Below, one piece after another: positions 19,178 through 28,065 of a stretch of 40,523 nt of DNA. The position numbers and the translations under genes were made by a program. Where the stretch lies: contig DATHPT010000377.1 of assembly GCA_035483615.1 (NCBI GenBank), positions 1-40,523 of the forward strand, in the 5' to 3' direction. The stretch comes from Solirubrobacteraceae bacterium (lineage in GTDB: Bacteria > Actinomycetota > Thermoleophilia > Solirubrobacterales > Solirubrobacteraceae). Below the pieces are notes generated by a model that did not search any database, was not told the DNA's origin, and worked only from the letters and a program-made list of their open reading frames with translations. Position 1 is the stretch's first letter. Each line of letters begins with the position of its first letter.

Positions 19178-20620
19178 CTACGGTGTGATTAACGCTGCGT
19201 TTTCGCGAGAAATCGTGATGACTTTAGCCGGAGCTGGAGAATAGTCATCCTGGATTTCATTCTGCCCTTCCGTTGCACTCAGCATATATTTGAAGTAGGC
19301 CTTGGCCGAATTACCTATTTCTTCGGCTAATGCGGCTGTTAAATAATACAGCGGGGCAGCCCCTTTGGTCAATTCCGCTGTTAAATAGCTGACCCATCCA
19401 ACATCGTAGGTCAGCGTGCAGGCCGGATAACCCAGTACCGCTTTTTTACCTTGAGCCAGGTGCACCGTGCCCCATTCATTTTTCTTTGCTTCTGTTTCTT
19501 GTGCTGCGGTCAGAGGGTTGGCTGTCGGGCAGTTCCCAACCAGTAACCCACTCGGTTCTTCCTTTAGGGGATCCGAGAACTTTTCGCCGGCAGTCTCAAA
19601 GTTTTCCACCTTCACCCAGAACGTGGAAGATAATTTTTTACCACCGGCTTCGAACCCACCAGCAACGGCGTCGGCCGTGTTTGCATAACCGATGGAGTTC
19701 GCGGTCGCGCTAACGGCCGCAACCTCACCAGAACCTTTTTCATTGGCTACTTTCGCGCCGTGTAATTCGGAGCACGGGTTTACTTCAGATTCACAAGTAA
19801 GTCCTTTTCTTACTTGTGTTTCCGGCCAATTTTTGGAGTCGTTGATGTATTCTTTGGCACCACCGCCGTTTTCTACTTCACATTTGCCGGCGGCGACGCC
19901 CCATTCATTCACACCAGCTCCCGCAATCTGGCACATCCACTGCTTGAACGCGTAGGAAGTGCCAGAGCCATCGGAGCGAACCTCATCGATGTTTTTTTCA
20001 GCTACGACTTTTTCTTCACAGGTGATACCTTTGAGATTTGTCAGCGCTTTACCGCTTTCCAGCATTTCCTTCCAGGTTAAACCAGAATGCCGCCAGAAAC
20101 CTTCAAGCGCCGCCTGAGTGACTTCAGGCTCAGCACCAACTTCAAGTTCGCAGCCGGTCGGCAGGTGCATGATCATCGCGATCGGCGCCGCCAAAGGCGC
20201 AATCACATCAGCTTCAGTACCAGCATGTTTAGCCACAACTAACTTCACTTCTTCCTGCTGCTTGGCAGTCGGCGGGTCATCTGTACCGATAAAACCATCC
20301 AGTTCCCCACCGATACCTAACCCAGGCGTCAGTTCGAAACCAGCTTCCATACCAAACTCCGTCAAACCAGCACCACTACCTTCAGCCGCATATAAAACGG
20401 TGATTTTCGCAGCACATTCACCAGCCAATTTCGCAGCAGCGCTAGCGGTAGCGGTCCACGTTTCCTGCTGGACCTTCTGAAGCGACGAACCCGTACCATT
20501 CAGATTGGCACAGGTCACAGCCAGGGCTGACCCCGGAGTGGCCATCGCTACGGAGAGCGCCGCTACCGACACACTCATGACCGCGAGCGCAAACACGCGC
20601 GCAGAACCCATGATCCTCAT
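19178..20620 (-). CDS. PstS-like (PBP type 2) phosphate-binding protein, secreted, low GC
   Basis: LNGTGSSLQ, EGSGAG, GTDDP, RSDGSGTSYAF, SIGYAN, YPACTLTY. AAAGGAG RBS before the ATG at 20620 (the ORF track starts at 20662). No lipobox. Confidence 0.85.
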   Translation of the reverse strand: MRIMGSARVFALAVMSVSVAALSVAMATPGSALAVTCANLNGTGSSLQKVQQETWTATASAAAKLAGECAAKITVLYAAEGSGAGLTEFGMEAGFELTPGLGIGGELDGFIGTDDPPTAKQQEEVKLVVAKHAGTEADVIAPLAAPIAMIMHLPTGCELEVGAEPEVTQAALEGFWRHSGLTWKEMLESGKALTNLKGITCEEKVVAEKNIDEVRSDGSGTSYAFKQWMCQIAGAGVNEWGVAAGKCEVENGGGAKEYINDSKNWPETQVRKGLTCESEVNPCSELHGAKVANEKGSGEVAAVSATANSIGYANTADAVAGGFEAGGKKLSSTFWVKVENFETAGEKFSDPLKEEPSGLLVGNCPTANPLTAAQETEAKKNEWGTVHLAQGKKAVLGYPACTLTYDVGWVSYLTAELTKGAAPLYYLTAALAEEIGNSAKAYFKYMLSATEGQNEIQDDYSPAPAKVITISRENAALITP

Positions 20621-21052
20621 ACGAGGACTCCTTTCGTGTTTATAGAGACAGAACCGCGACACAAGGCGGCCATCCGGACATCGCCGAACGTGCCTAATGA
20701 GTCGCGTAGTTCAACTATACAGATTGCTCTCTGTCACGCAAGCGTTTTTACAAGTCGGCCACATTGGACTTGGAGTTATGCGACCGTACGGTATCGCTGG
20801 CGTCAATATCCGGTGGGCCATCCCCTGGGTCTGCTGTCCAGATCTAGTGAAACAATGTTGTGACTAATGGATCTAGTTCTACTGATCGGACTCTGATGAC
20901 TGGGTCAGTACGGTTAGATTGAATCTCAAGATTGTCACACGTGCCCTCATTGGGCTCGCTTAGGGTCCATCCCGTAGCAATTTCGACTAACTGCTCCAAT
21001 ACGCCAAACCCACCACAAGGGCGGGTACGGAGGGGCTGAAAGGATCGACTTC

Positions 21053-22426
21053 ATGAGAGCAACAAGACCATGGCGCCTTGCGGTGGGGCTCTTCAGCGCC
21101 GCAATGCTCATCGCCGCGGCACCGGCCGCAAGCCAGGCGAACTTCACGCCGCCATATAACACCCAGTGCTCAGGCACTCTTGTCTTCGACTTCGGCACAG
21201 AGCTGCAGGAACCGGCTGCGAGCATCTTGATAAACCACTTCGAGGGCGAAGAAGCTTCCCCGCTTGCATGCGTCGGACATCCAACCGAAGTCGCTTACAC
21301 GATCGGATCTTCAGCAGAAGCCCTCGGAACACTTGGTTCTGTTGGCGGGGTGCGCAACTCAGCCATCAAACTGGCCAGCGCCGAAGAGCCTCCGACGCTT
21401 TCACAGTGGCTGAGCATCGACCTCGGCGACAAACCGCTCTCCAACTCCGGCCTGATCCGTCAGATCCCGGTTGCCGTTGCGGCGGTGACGCCGATCGTGC
21501 ACTTCCCGACCGGCTGTGCGATACCTGCCAAAGAGGCGACCGGCGACGGCCGCTTCACCGTCTCCAACGCACAGCTCGAGAAGGTGTTCGCCGGCGAAAT
21601 CGCCACCTGGGGTCAGCTCTTGCCAGACATCGAAGCATCTTGTGCGGGAATTCCGATCAAGCGAGTCGTCCCTGCTGCGTCGGAAGGGGCGACCTATGTC
21701 CAAAAGCAGTGGCTGAATACCATCAACTCGTCACGCGGGTGGCTCGAGTCCTCGGGCCTGGAAAACACTTCTTGGCCAAACGACAGCGGAGCTACGGCAA
21801 CCGTCCGCGCGACCGAAGGTGACTTTGGTGAGGCGAGGCTCGTCTCTCGAACGGCTGGCTCGATTGGGTTTTCAAGCCTTGCGTGGGCGCGCTTTTTCGG
21901 TTTCGGGAACTTCTCCTCTGAAACGGCAGAAGCACCAGCAAAGGAGTTCTGGCTTTCGGTGAGCAACGGTTCCGGACAGTCGGTGGAACCGACCCGGGAC
22001 CCGCACTCGAACATCGACGGAGTGCTGGGTGCCAACTGCGACAAACCGCAGTTCAACATCACACCCTCGGGCTATGACACCACCGCGACTCCGATCTGGC
22101 GCGCCGTGAGCGCGGCGGGAAGCAAAAGCGGCTGGCCGATCTGCACGCTGCTCTACAACCTTGCATGGGACGACGCAGCTCCCGTGTACGGCAACACGAG
22201 CCAGGCACAAGGTGAACAGCGGACGGTAAAGGACTACCTCGCTTACACGCTTGGCGAACAAGGACAGCAGAAAGTCAGGGAAGAAGACTTCTCCCCTCTG
22301 CCGGCAGCATTCCTCGCGGACGCCAAGGATGGACAGAGCCGCGTCGGCTGGTCGAAGATCCCCGGAGCCAAGGAAGAGCAAGCGAAGATCAGCACCGAAA
22401 TTCATCAGGACCAAGAACACCACTAG
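21053..22426 (+). CDS. PstS-like protein with substituted ligand-binding residues
   Basis: Signal peptide ending SQA; QIPVAVAAVTPIVHFPTGC, IATWGQL, GSIGFSSL, WPICTLLYNLAWDD align with the other two PstS-like genes. Confidence 0.83.
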   Translation: MRATRPWRLAVGLFSAAMLIAAAPAASQANFTPPYNTQCSGTLVFDFGTELQEPAASILINHFEGEEASPLACVGHPTEVAYTIGSSAEALGTLGSVGGVRNSAIKLASAEEPPTLSQWLSIDLGDKPLSNSGLIRQIPVAVAAVTPIVHFPTGCAIPAKEATGDGRFTVSNAQLEKVFAGEIATWGQLLPDIEASCAGIPIKRVVPAASEGATYVQKQWLNTINSSRGWLESSGLENTSWPNDSGATATVRATEGDFGEARLVSRTAGSIGFSSLAWARFFGFGNFSSETAEAPAKEFWLSVSNGSGQSVEPTRDPHSNIDGVLGANCDKPQFNITPSGYDTTATPIWRAVSAAGSKSGWPICTLLYNLAWDDAAPVYGNTSQAQGEQRTVKDYLAYTLGEQGQQKVREEDFSPLPAAFLADAKDGQSRVGWSKIPGAKEEQAKISTEIHQDQEHH

Positions 22427-22444
22427 TAACCGCTAGCTGATCTC

Positions 22445-22492
22445 AAACCGTCCGTGGCCAGGGCTGGGCTCCAGCCACGGACGGTTTTCTTT
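22445..22492 (+). terminator. Intrinsic terminator
   Basis: 14-bp inverted repeat AAACCGTCCGTGGC / GCCACGGACGGTTT followed by TCTTT, 19 nt after the stop codon. Confidence 0.8.
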
Positions 22493-22544
22493 CCGCATGT
22501 TGGAATACGGAGGTTGTGTCTTGTCCCGCTTGCTCGAGGTCTCC

Positions 22545-22588
22545 GTCACAGATCTTTTACGAGATGATCCCCGACTGATCACAAAGTT
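22545..22588 (+). promoter_or_regulatory. Candidate OmpR-family direct-repeat array (four 11-bp units)
   Basis: GTCACAGATCT|TTTACGAGATG|ATCCCCGACTG|ATCACAAAGTT upstream of the PHP-GT4 gene. Confidence 0.5.
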
Positions 22589-22643
22589 CGCTATTTGCAG
22601 GGAGAACCTTTCGGTATAGACAAAAAGACCGAGAGGAACGGAA

Positions 22644-25196
22644 ATGACAGGTTCGGCCACACGGGTCGACACACAGCGCTCATCTACATCGGCCGACACG
22701 GCCGGCTCGGCCACACGGGTTGACATGCACTGCCACTCGACGGCCTCGCAGATGTCCAAGCTCGGCGTGCAACGCGCTCTCGGCCTGCCGGAGTGCGCGA
22801 CCCCTCCCGAGGAGGTATACGAGCTCGCCAAGCGCCGCGGAATGGACTTCGTGACGATCACCGATCACGACACGATCGATGGCGCCCTGGCCATCTGCGA
22901 CCGTCCCGACGTGTTCATCTCAGAGGAGCTGACCGCGCACTTCCGCGGCGAGCCTCAGGCTGTGCACGTCCTCTGCTACGGGATCACCCCTGAGGATCAC
23001 GAATGGCTGCAGGCGAACAGCAGCGACGTGGAGCTGTGCGCGATGTACCTGTACGACCAGGAGATCGCCTGCGCGTTGGCTCACCCCTACTACGCGGTGG
23101 GAGCGCCGTTGACAGGCCGCCATCGCCGCCGTCTCGCGGAGCTGTTCGGCATCTGGGAGACCCGCAACGGCGCCCGCGCCCGCGAGCTGAACCGCCCGGC
23201 CGCAATGTACGTGGCTACCCTCGACGGCACCGGCATCGGCGGCAGCGACGATCACGCCGGGGTTGACATCGGACGCACCTGGACCGAGGCGCCCCCGGCG
23301 AGCACGCCGGGGGAGTTCCTGGAGCACATGCGAGCCGGCAGGGTGAGCGCCAAAGGCAAGCAGGGCAGCGCCGCGAAGTGGGCTCACGCCGCTATCGCGC
23401 TGGCCGCACGCTCGCTCGGTCGCGACGAGGGCGATACGGACGCCGGCGCCCCCGATCCCCGCCGGGTGATGACGATGATGCAGCGCCTGCTGCGCGAGGG
23501 CGATGCGCGCCAGGGCTCAACCGGAACAGACCTGGCGCCTGCCGATGCGCGCTGTCTGTTGCGTGCATGGCTGTCGGCCGTCGAGCTCGACCACCTCGAT
23601 ACCCTGACGGCCACAGGCGAGCACGGCCTGATCGCCTACATGCAGGAGGATGGCTTCAGCCACTCCGACCTCTACCGGCGCGCATGTCGTCTGCACGAGC
23701 GCAAGCTGCGCGATGCCGTCCGGTATGCGGTGGGAGTCGCCACCGGCAACGTCGAGACCGGCGATGGCGCGCAGCCGGCGACAGTCGAGACCGATGCAGC
23801 GCAGCCGGCGACGATCGACACAAACGCCGTCCAGATGGCGACGGGTGAGACAGATCTACTGGCGGCTCGCGATGCCGAGGTGGGAGCGGCGGCCGCCGGG
23901 CTGTTCGAGAGCTGCATCGCGGCGATCCCCTATGCCCCGGCGACCGCGTTCCTGGCGAGCGAGCAGGCCAAGCTCGATCCGCGTCGCGAGGACGGCGAGC
24001 TCCCGCGGGTCGCGATCCTGGTCGACGGGATCGGCTCGACGCACGGCGTGACACGCACGATCCAGGAGATCCGCCAGCGCGGAGTCCCGGGCTTTGAGAT
24101 CGAGGTGGTCGCGACCGATGCCGATGTCGACCGGCGCCTGTCGGCGGTGACGGAGTTCGACGTGCCCTTCTATCCGGGGCTGAAAATCGGCGTGCCAAGC
24201 CTCTCGGCAGCCGCCCAGACGTTGACCGAAGGCTTCTTCGACGCGATCCACGTCTGCTCTCCGGGCCCTGCGGGCATTGCGGGCGCCCTGCTTGCTCATG
24301 CGCTTGGGTTGCCGCTGATCGGCAGCTACCACACCGAGCTGACCGCCTACGCGCAGCTGCGCTCAGGCGAGCAGCGTGTGGTGGAGACGATGAGCATGGC
24401 GGTCGGCGTCTTCTACAACGCGTGTGATCTGGTGCTCTCCCCCAGCCCAGCCTCCGACGAAGCGCTTGCGTCGATCGGGATGGCGCCGGAGAAGGTGCTG
24501 CGCTGGGATCGCGGTGTGGACACTTCGCGCTTCGACCCCTCTCTCAGGGACGCCGTGCTGGCAGAAGGCTGGAGCAGGGACGATGCCGGACAATCGATTC
24601 CGGCGGATGTTCGCTCCGACGCACCTGGGGGTCCCGTGAACGTGCTCTACGCCGGGCGCATCACTCGCGAGAAGGGGGCCGAGCTGCTGGCGGACGCATT
24701 CTTGGCGGCGCGCGAGCGCGATCCGCGCCTACGGCTCGTGCTTGCCGGCGGAGGACCCGAGCAGGAGCGCCTGCGCGAGCGCGTGGGCGAGCACGCGACC
24801 TTCCTCGGCTGGCTGCACGGCGCCGAGCTGGCTGAAGCGTATGCCTCGGCCGACGTGTTCCTGTTCCCGAGCGCCACCGACACGTTCGGCCAGGTGATCC
24901 TCGAGGCGCAGGCGTCCGGACTGCCCGTGCTGGCGGTGGCCGCGGGTGGGCCACTCGCACTCGTGCAGGACCGCGTGACGGGATTGTTGTGCGAAGCCGA
25001 CTCCGAGCAGCTGGCGGACGCTCTGGTCGAGCTCGCCGGCTCGCCGCTGTTGCGCGAGCGCTTGGCCGCCGCCGCGCTCAGCGTGGTACGCGAGCGCACG
25101 TGGGAGCAGGCCCTCGAGCGCCTTGCGGACGGGTACAGCCGGGCGCTTGCCGGCGCCGGGCGATCCTCACTCGATACCGATCGACTCGTCGCATGA
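22644..25196 (+). CDS. PHP-domain / GT4 glycosyltransferase fusion
   Basis: DMHCHS, TITDHDT, AHP, GGSDDH (PHP); GSYHT, WDRGVD..RFDP, YASADVFLFPSATDTFGQVILEAQASGLPV (GT4, MgtA/Agt/SqdX-like subgroup). Confidence 0.92.
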   Translation: MTGSATRVDTQRSSTSADTAGSATRVDMHCHSTASQMSKLGVQRALGLPECATPPEEVYELAKRRGMDFVTITDHDTIDGALAICDRPDVFISEELTAHFRGEPQAVHVLCYGITPEDHEWLQANSSDVELCAMYLYDQEIACALAHPYYAVGAPLTGRHRRRLAELFGIWETRNGARARELNRPAAMYVATLDGTGIGGSDDHAGVDIGRTWTEAPPASTPGEFLEHMRAGRVSAKGKQGSAAKWAHAAIALAARSLGRDEGDTDAGAPDPRRVMTMMQRLLREGDARQGSTGTDLAPADARCLLRAWLSAVELDHLDTLTATGEHGLIAYMQEDGFSHSDLYRRACRLHERKLRDAVRYAVGVATGNVETGDGAQPATVETDAAQPATIDTNAVQMATGETDLLAARDAEVGAAAAGLFESCIAAIPYAPATAFLASEQAKLDPRREDGELPRVAILVDGIGSTHGVTRTIQEIRQRGVPGFEIEVVATDADVDRRLSAVTEFDVPFYPGLKIGVPSLSAAAQTLTEGFFDAIHVCSPGPAGIAGALLAHALGLPLIGSYHTELTAYAQLRSGEQRVVETMSMAVGVFYNACDLVLSPSPASDEALASIGMAPEKVLRWDRGVDTSRFDPSLRDAVLAEGWSRDDAGQSIPADVRSDAPGGPVNVLYAGRITREKGAELLADAFLAARERDPRLRLVLAGGGPEQERLRERVGEHATFLGWLHGAELAEAYASADVFLFPSATDTFGQVILEAQASGLPVLAVAAGGPLALVQDRVTGLLCEADSEQLADALVELAGSPLLRERLAAAALSVVRERTWEQALERLADGYSRALAGAGRSSLDTDRLVA
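23751..23855 (+). repeat. In-frame ~30-bp tandem repeat in the PHP-GT4 linker
   Basis: VETGDGAQPAT VETDAAQPAT IDTNAVQMAT GETD. Confidence 0.75.
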
Positions 25197-25232
25197 CGGA
25201 TAGCTCACATCCGAGCATGATCGTCCGGGCCC

Positions 25233-26081
25233 ATGCCTGACTCGCGCCGCACGATCGCCGTGGCGCTACACGACATCGAGCCGGCAACGTTCGAGCGTTG
25301 CGCGCTGATCCGCGACTGGTTGGACGATCATGGTGTGAACAGAGTCACGTTGCTGGTGATACCCGCACGCGACCTGCATCCACTGGCAGAGCGCTCGCCG
25401 GAGATGGTGAGCTGGCTGCTGGAGCACGAGCGCAGCGGCGATGCAATCGCCCAGCATGGCTTCCAGCATCTGCGCTCTGGTGGCTCGCGCGCTCGGGGCA
25501 ACGGTCCCTATCAAGCGCTGCGCACCCTCAGCGCGGACAGCGAAACCGAGTTCCTCGGACTTGACGAGCAAGAGACGCGCCGTGCCGTGGACGCGGGGCG
25601 ACGCGTGTTGAAGCTCGCGGGGATCGAGCCACGTGGCTTTGTGGCTCCTGGTTACGCCTACACACCCACGCTGCGACGGACGCTCGGCGAACGCTTCCAC
25701 TGGTGGGCCGGCCTGCTGGGTCTGCACCGCAGCCATCCCGCGAGGTTGTCCGTCTGCGTGAGCGAGGAGCACGAGGGCTCAGCGCCGATCGGGGCCGGCG
25801 AGAATCGCAGGCGGCTCAAACCGCCAATCGCTCTGTCGAGCTCAGGTCGCTTGCGCCAGGCGCTTTCCCCGACGCTCTTGCGTGCAGGGGCGCTCGTGTC
25901 GGGGACAACATTGCGTCTTGACCTGCATCCCTCAGATCTCGACCACCCCAACCACATGCTGGCACTCGAGTGGGTGCTGCGACGGTCGGCGGCTACACGC
26001 GAGGCGGTCACGTATGAGCAACTGGCTGCGGCCAGCGCGCAGCCAAACACTTCACCGCGACCCATTGCAGGCTTGCGCTAA
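25233..26081 (+). CDS. DUF2334 / polysaccharide deacetylase-like protein
   Basis: VALHDIEP, TLLVIP, IAQHGFQH, EFLGL, GFVAPGY, LRLDLHPSD; follows the GT4 gene. Confidence 0.85.
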   Translation: MPDSRRTIAVALHDIEPATFERCALIRDWLDDHGVNRVTLLVIPARDLHPLAERSPEMVSWLLEHERSGDAIAQHGFQHLRSGGSRARGNGPYQALRTLSADSETEFLGLDEQETRRAVDAGRRVLKLAGIEPRGFVAPGYAYTPTLRRTLGERFHWWAGLLGLHRSHPARLSVCVSEEHEGSAPIGAGENRRRLKPPIALSSSGRLRQALSPTLLRAGALVSGTTLRLDLHPSDLDHPNHMLALEWVLRRSAATREAVTYEQLAAASAQPNTSPRPIAGLR

Positions 26082-27517
26082 CCGCCCGAGAAGAGCGACG
26101 GGCTGAGCGGCTTCACTTCGGAGAGACCGGCATAGCCGAGCCGCGACAGGCCGAAGACCTGCTCGATCGTGGCAAGCAGCGAGAAATGGTTGTAAGTGTC
26201 CTGAACAAGTCCGCCACCCTTCACGAAGGGCGAGAGCAGTAGCAGCCCTACCTGACCGCCCCCTGAGCCTGCAAGCGCCGCAGCGCCGGTCGGCGCCGGC
26301 AGGTTCGCAAAGCGCGGCTGTCCACAGCATGAGCTTGAGTCGGCATATTCACCGCTCGCTGGAGCCTGGTCTATGGTGATCGCGAGCAGTCCGCCATGCT
26401 CATAGGCCTTGGAGGAGAGGATCTTGGGCACGATCTTCTTGAGAAAGTCATCCGCCGCCACCATCCCCGACGCCTTCCCGGGCGCGCATAGTGTGGGGTT
26501 ACCGTCATCGCAGGGGCCAGGTGCGATGTAGGAGAAGCTGGGGGTGCGCTTTTCACTTGAAAGGTCGCTCTCGAGCTTGTTGATGCCAACGTCGTTGGCG
26601 GCGCAGGCGGGGGAATCTGTGACCGAGTGAAAGTAGACGAACGGGTTGCGTCGCGTTTGATAGACCGTCCCAGACGCAGACGCAGGCGCCGCGCTCGGGT
26701 CGGCAGCGCCCACGGTCGGGTGGGCACACGCGGGTGGCGTGCCTGCTCCTTCGTCGATCCCTTCGATATAGGCCTTCCAGGCGAGGTGCTTGGCTGTGAG
26801 CTGGCTCATGAGCGTGCCGGTCGAGGCGGGGTAGACGCAGCCGTTGCCGAGCACCTGTCCAGCTTCGGTGCCGGTTTGGGTGAGCTCGGCGTAAACCGAG
26901 CAGTTGGCGGCCGTGGCTTCGGTGGGTCCCTGACCGCTCAGCAGCGCGATCCCGTTGGCAAGTTCTTCGTGGGCTACCGCGTAGTAGCGCTCGAGCAGCT
27001 TGCCTTGCTTCTCGAGCGTCCCGGACAGGTAGTGGGCAGGCGAAGCAGGTCCAAACGCAGTGGCATATGGCTGATCGTTCAGCATCACCACGAACACGTG
27101 CTTGACAGCTGACAGCTTTGAGCCTTTCGGAGAGGAGCCTTTGTTGCCGGCCGAGGGTTCTTCTGAGCCGCTCGGGGACCCCGCAGAGGGCGAAGGAGAG
27201 GGACTTGCGGCGTGTTTAGAGCTTTTCGGCGGGGTCGAGGGAGTGGACGACGGTTCAGGCGTCGTTTCTGTTTCCGGCAGCGGCGGCGGCACAGAGGCTG
27301 TGGTGCTCGGGGCGCTTGGTGTCGGCGCACGCGCCACGAGCAGCTTCAGTGGAGCTCGACTTGCCGCCAGCGAGGCCGCGGAATCCAACCCTGTGGCGCG
27401 ACCTATCAGTATCCCGAAGCCAAGGAAGGCAATAGCCAGTGCGATCCAGAGAAATGGCGATGGCATCGGCAGCGCACCGAGGCGCTGCTCCCAGCGGCGC
27501 AGCGGCTCGAGGCTCAC
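26078..27517 (-). CDS. Membrane-anchored phosphoesterase-family (AcpA/PLC-like) protein, catalytic residues degenerate
   Basis: N-terminal TM, Pro/Ser stalk, KHVFVVML, WKAYIEG, RRNPFVYF, PSFSYIAP, LLSPFVK, YNHFSLLATIE. Confidence 0.85.
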   Translation of the reverse strand: MSLEPLRRWEQRLGALPMPSPFLWIALAIAFLGFGILIGRATGLDSAASLAASRAPLKLLVARAPTPSAPSTTASVPPPLPETETTPEPSSTPSTPPKSSKHAASPSPSPSAGSPSGSEEPSAGNKGSSPKGSKLSAVKHVFVVMLNDQPYATAFGPASPAHYLSGTLEKQGKLLERYYAVAHEELANGIALLSGQGPTEATAANCSVYAELTQTGTEAGQVLGNGCVYPASTGTLMSQLTAKHLAWKAYIEGIDEGAGTPPACAHPTVGAADPSAAPASASGTVYQTRRNPFVYFHSVTDSPACAANDVGINKLESDLSSEKRTPSFSYIAPGPCDDGNPTLCAPGKASGMVAADDFLKKIVPKILSSKAYEHGGLLAITIDQAPASGEYADSSSCCGQPRFANLPAPTGAAALAGSGGGQVGLLLLSPFVKGGGLVQDTYNHFSLLATIEQVFGLSRLGYAGLSEVKPLSPSLFSGG

Positions 27518-28065
27518 GGGTTCGTTGAAAGCGGCCGGCCAAGCTCCTGCGGAGTGGCCCCGCGCGCCCGCGCGGACCCGACGGACGCGCGATCGTCCTC
27601 CACGTCCACGGTCGCCGCCTCGCCTTCGGCGGTCTCGATCCCGGCACTCGCGGTTGTGAGACCGGCGTCCGTGGTCGGGAGATCGAGCTCGACGGTCTTC
27701 GCACCGGACTCATCGCCGTCCCCGGTCGCCTGCACGCCGCCGCTTGCCTGCTCCATCACTTTCACTCCGCACTGCCAGCAGAAGACGGCCCCGCGGCTGC
27801 GCACGGCGCCACAGCTCGGACAGCTTCCGGCGATCGAGCTCTCCTGCATGTGCAGAAGCCGGTCGAGCTCGGCGAGCTCGGCATCACGCTCCTGCAGCAT
27901 CGCGGCACGGCGCATGAGCACGTCGAGCCGGAAGTGATCGCGGATCGCCATCTCATAGGTGAGCCCACCCAGGTTCCAGTGCAGCTCAGCCACCTGCTCG
28001 GCGAGCTCGTCGCGACGGCGTCGCAGATCTGAGCGTGGCTCCTGTCGCGGAGTGGGCTCGTTCAT
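27514..28065 (-). CDS. Coiled-coil plus zinc-ribbon protein
   Basis: Helical N-terminus followed by CPSCG...FCWQCG; 4-bp overlaps with both neighbours. Confidence 0.8.
   Translation of the reverse strand: MNEPTPRQEPRSDLRRRRDELAEQVAELHWNLGGLTYEMAIRDHFRLDVLMRRAAMLQERDAELAELDRLLHMQESSIAGSCPSCGAVRSRGAVFCWQCGVKVMEQASGGVQATGDGDESGAKTVELDLPTTDAGLTTASAGIETAEGEAATVDVEDDRASVGSARARGATPQELGRPLSTNP

Noticed and set aside
19178-22426. Canonical pstSCAB phosphate transporter
   Set aside because: No permease, ATPase or phoU in the window, and the PstS-like proteins lack lipoboxes.
3940-22640. Prophage, ICE or transposon
   Set aside because: No integrase, transposase, phage structural genes, tRNA or att-like repeats recognised despite the GC shift.
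22433-22861. 142-aa minus-strand ORF
   Set aside because: Overlaps the PHP domain antisense and spans a terminator and promoter region.
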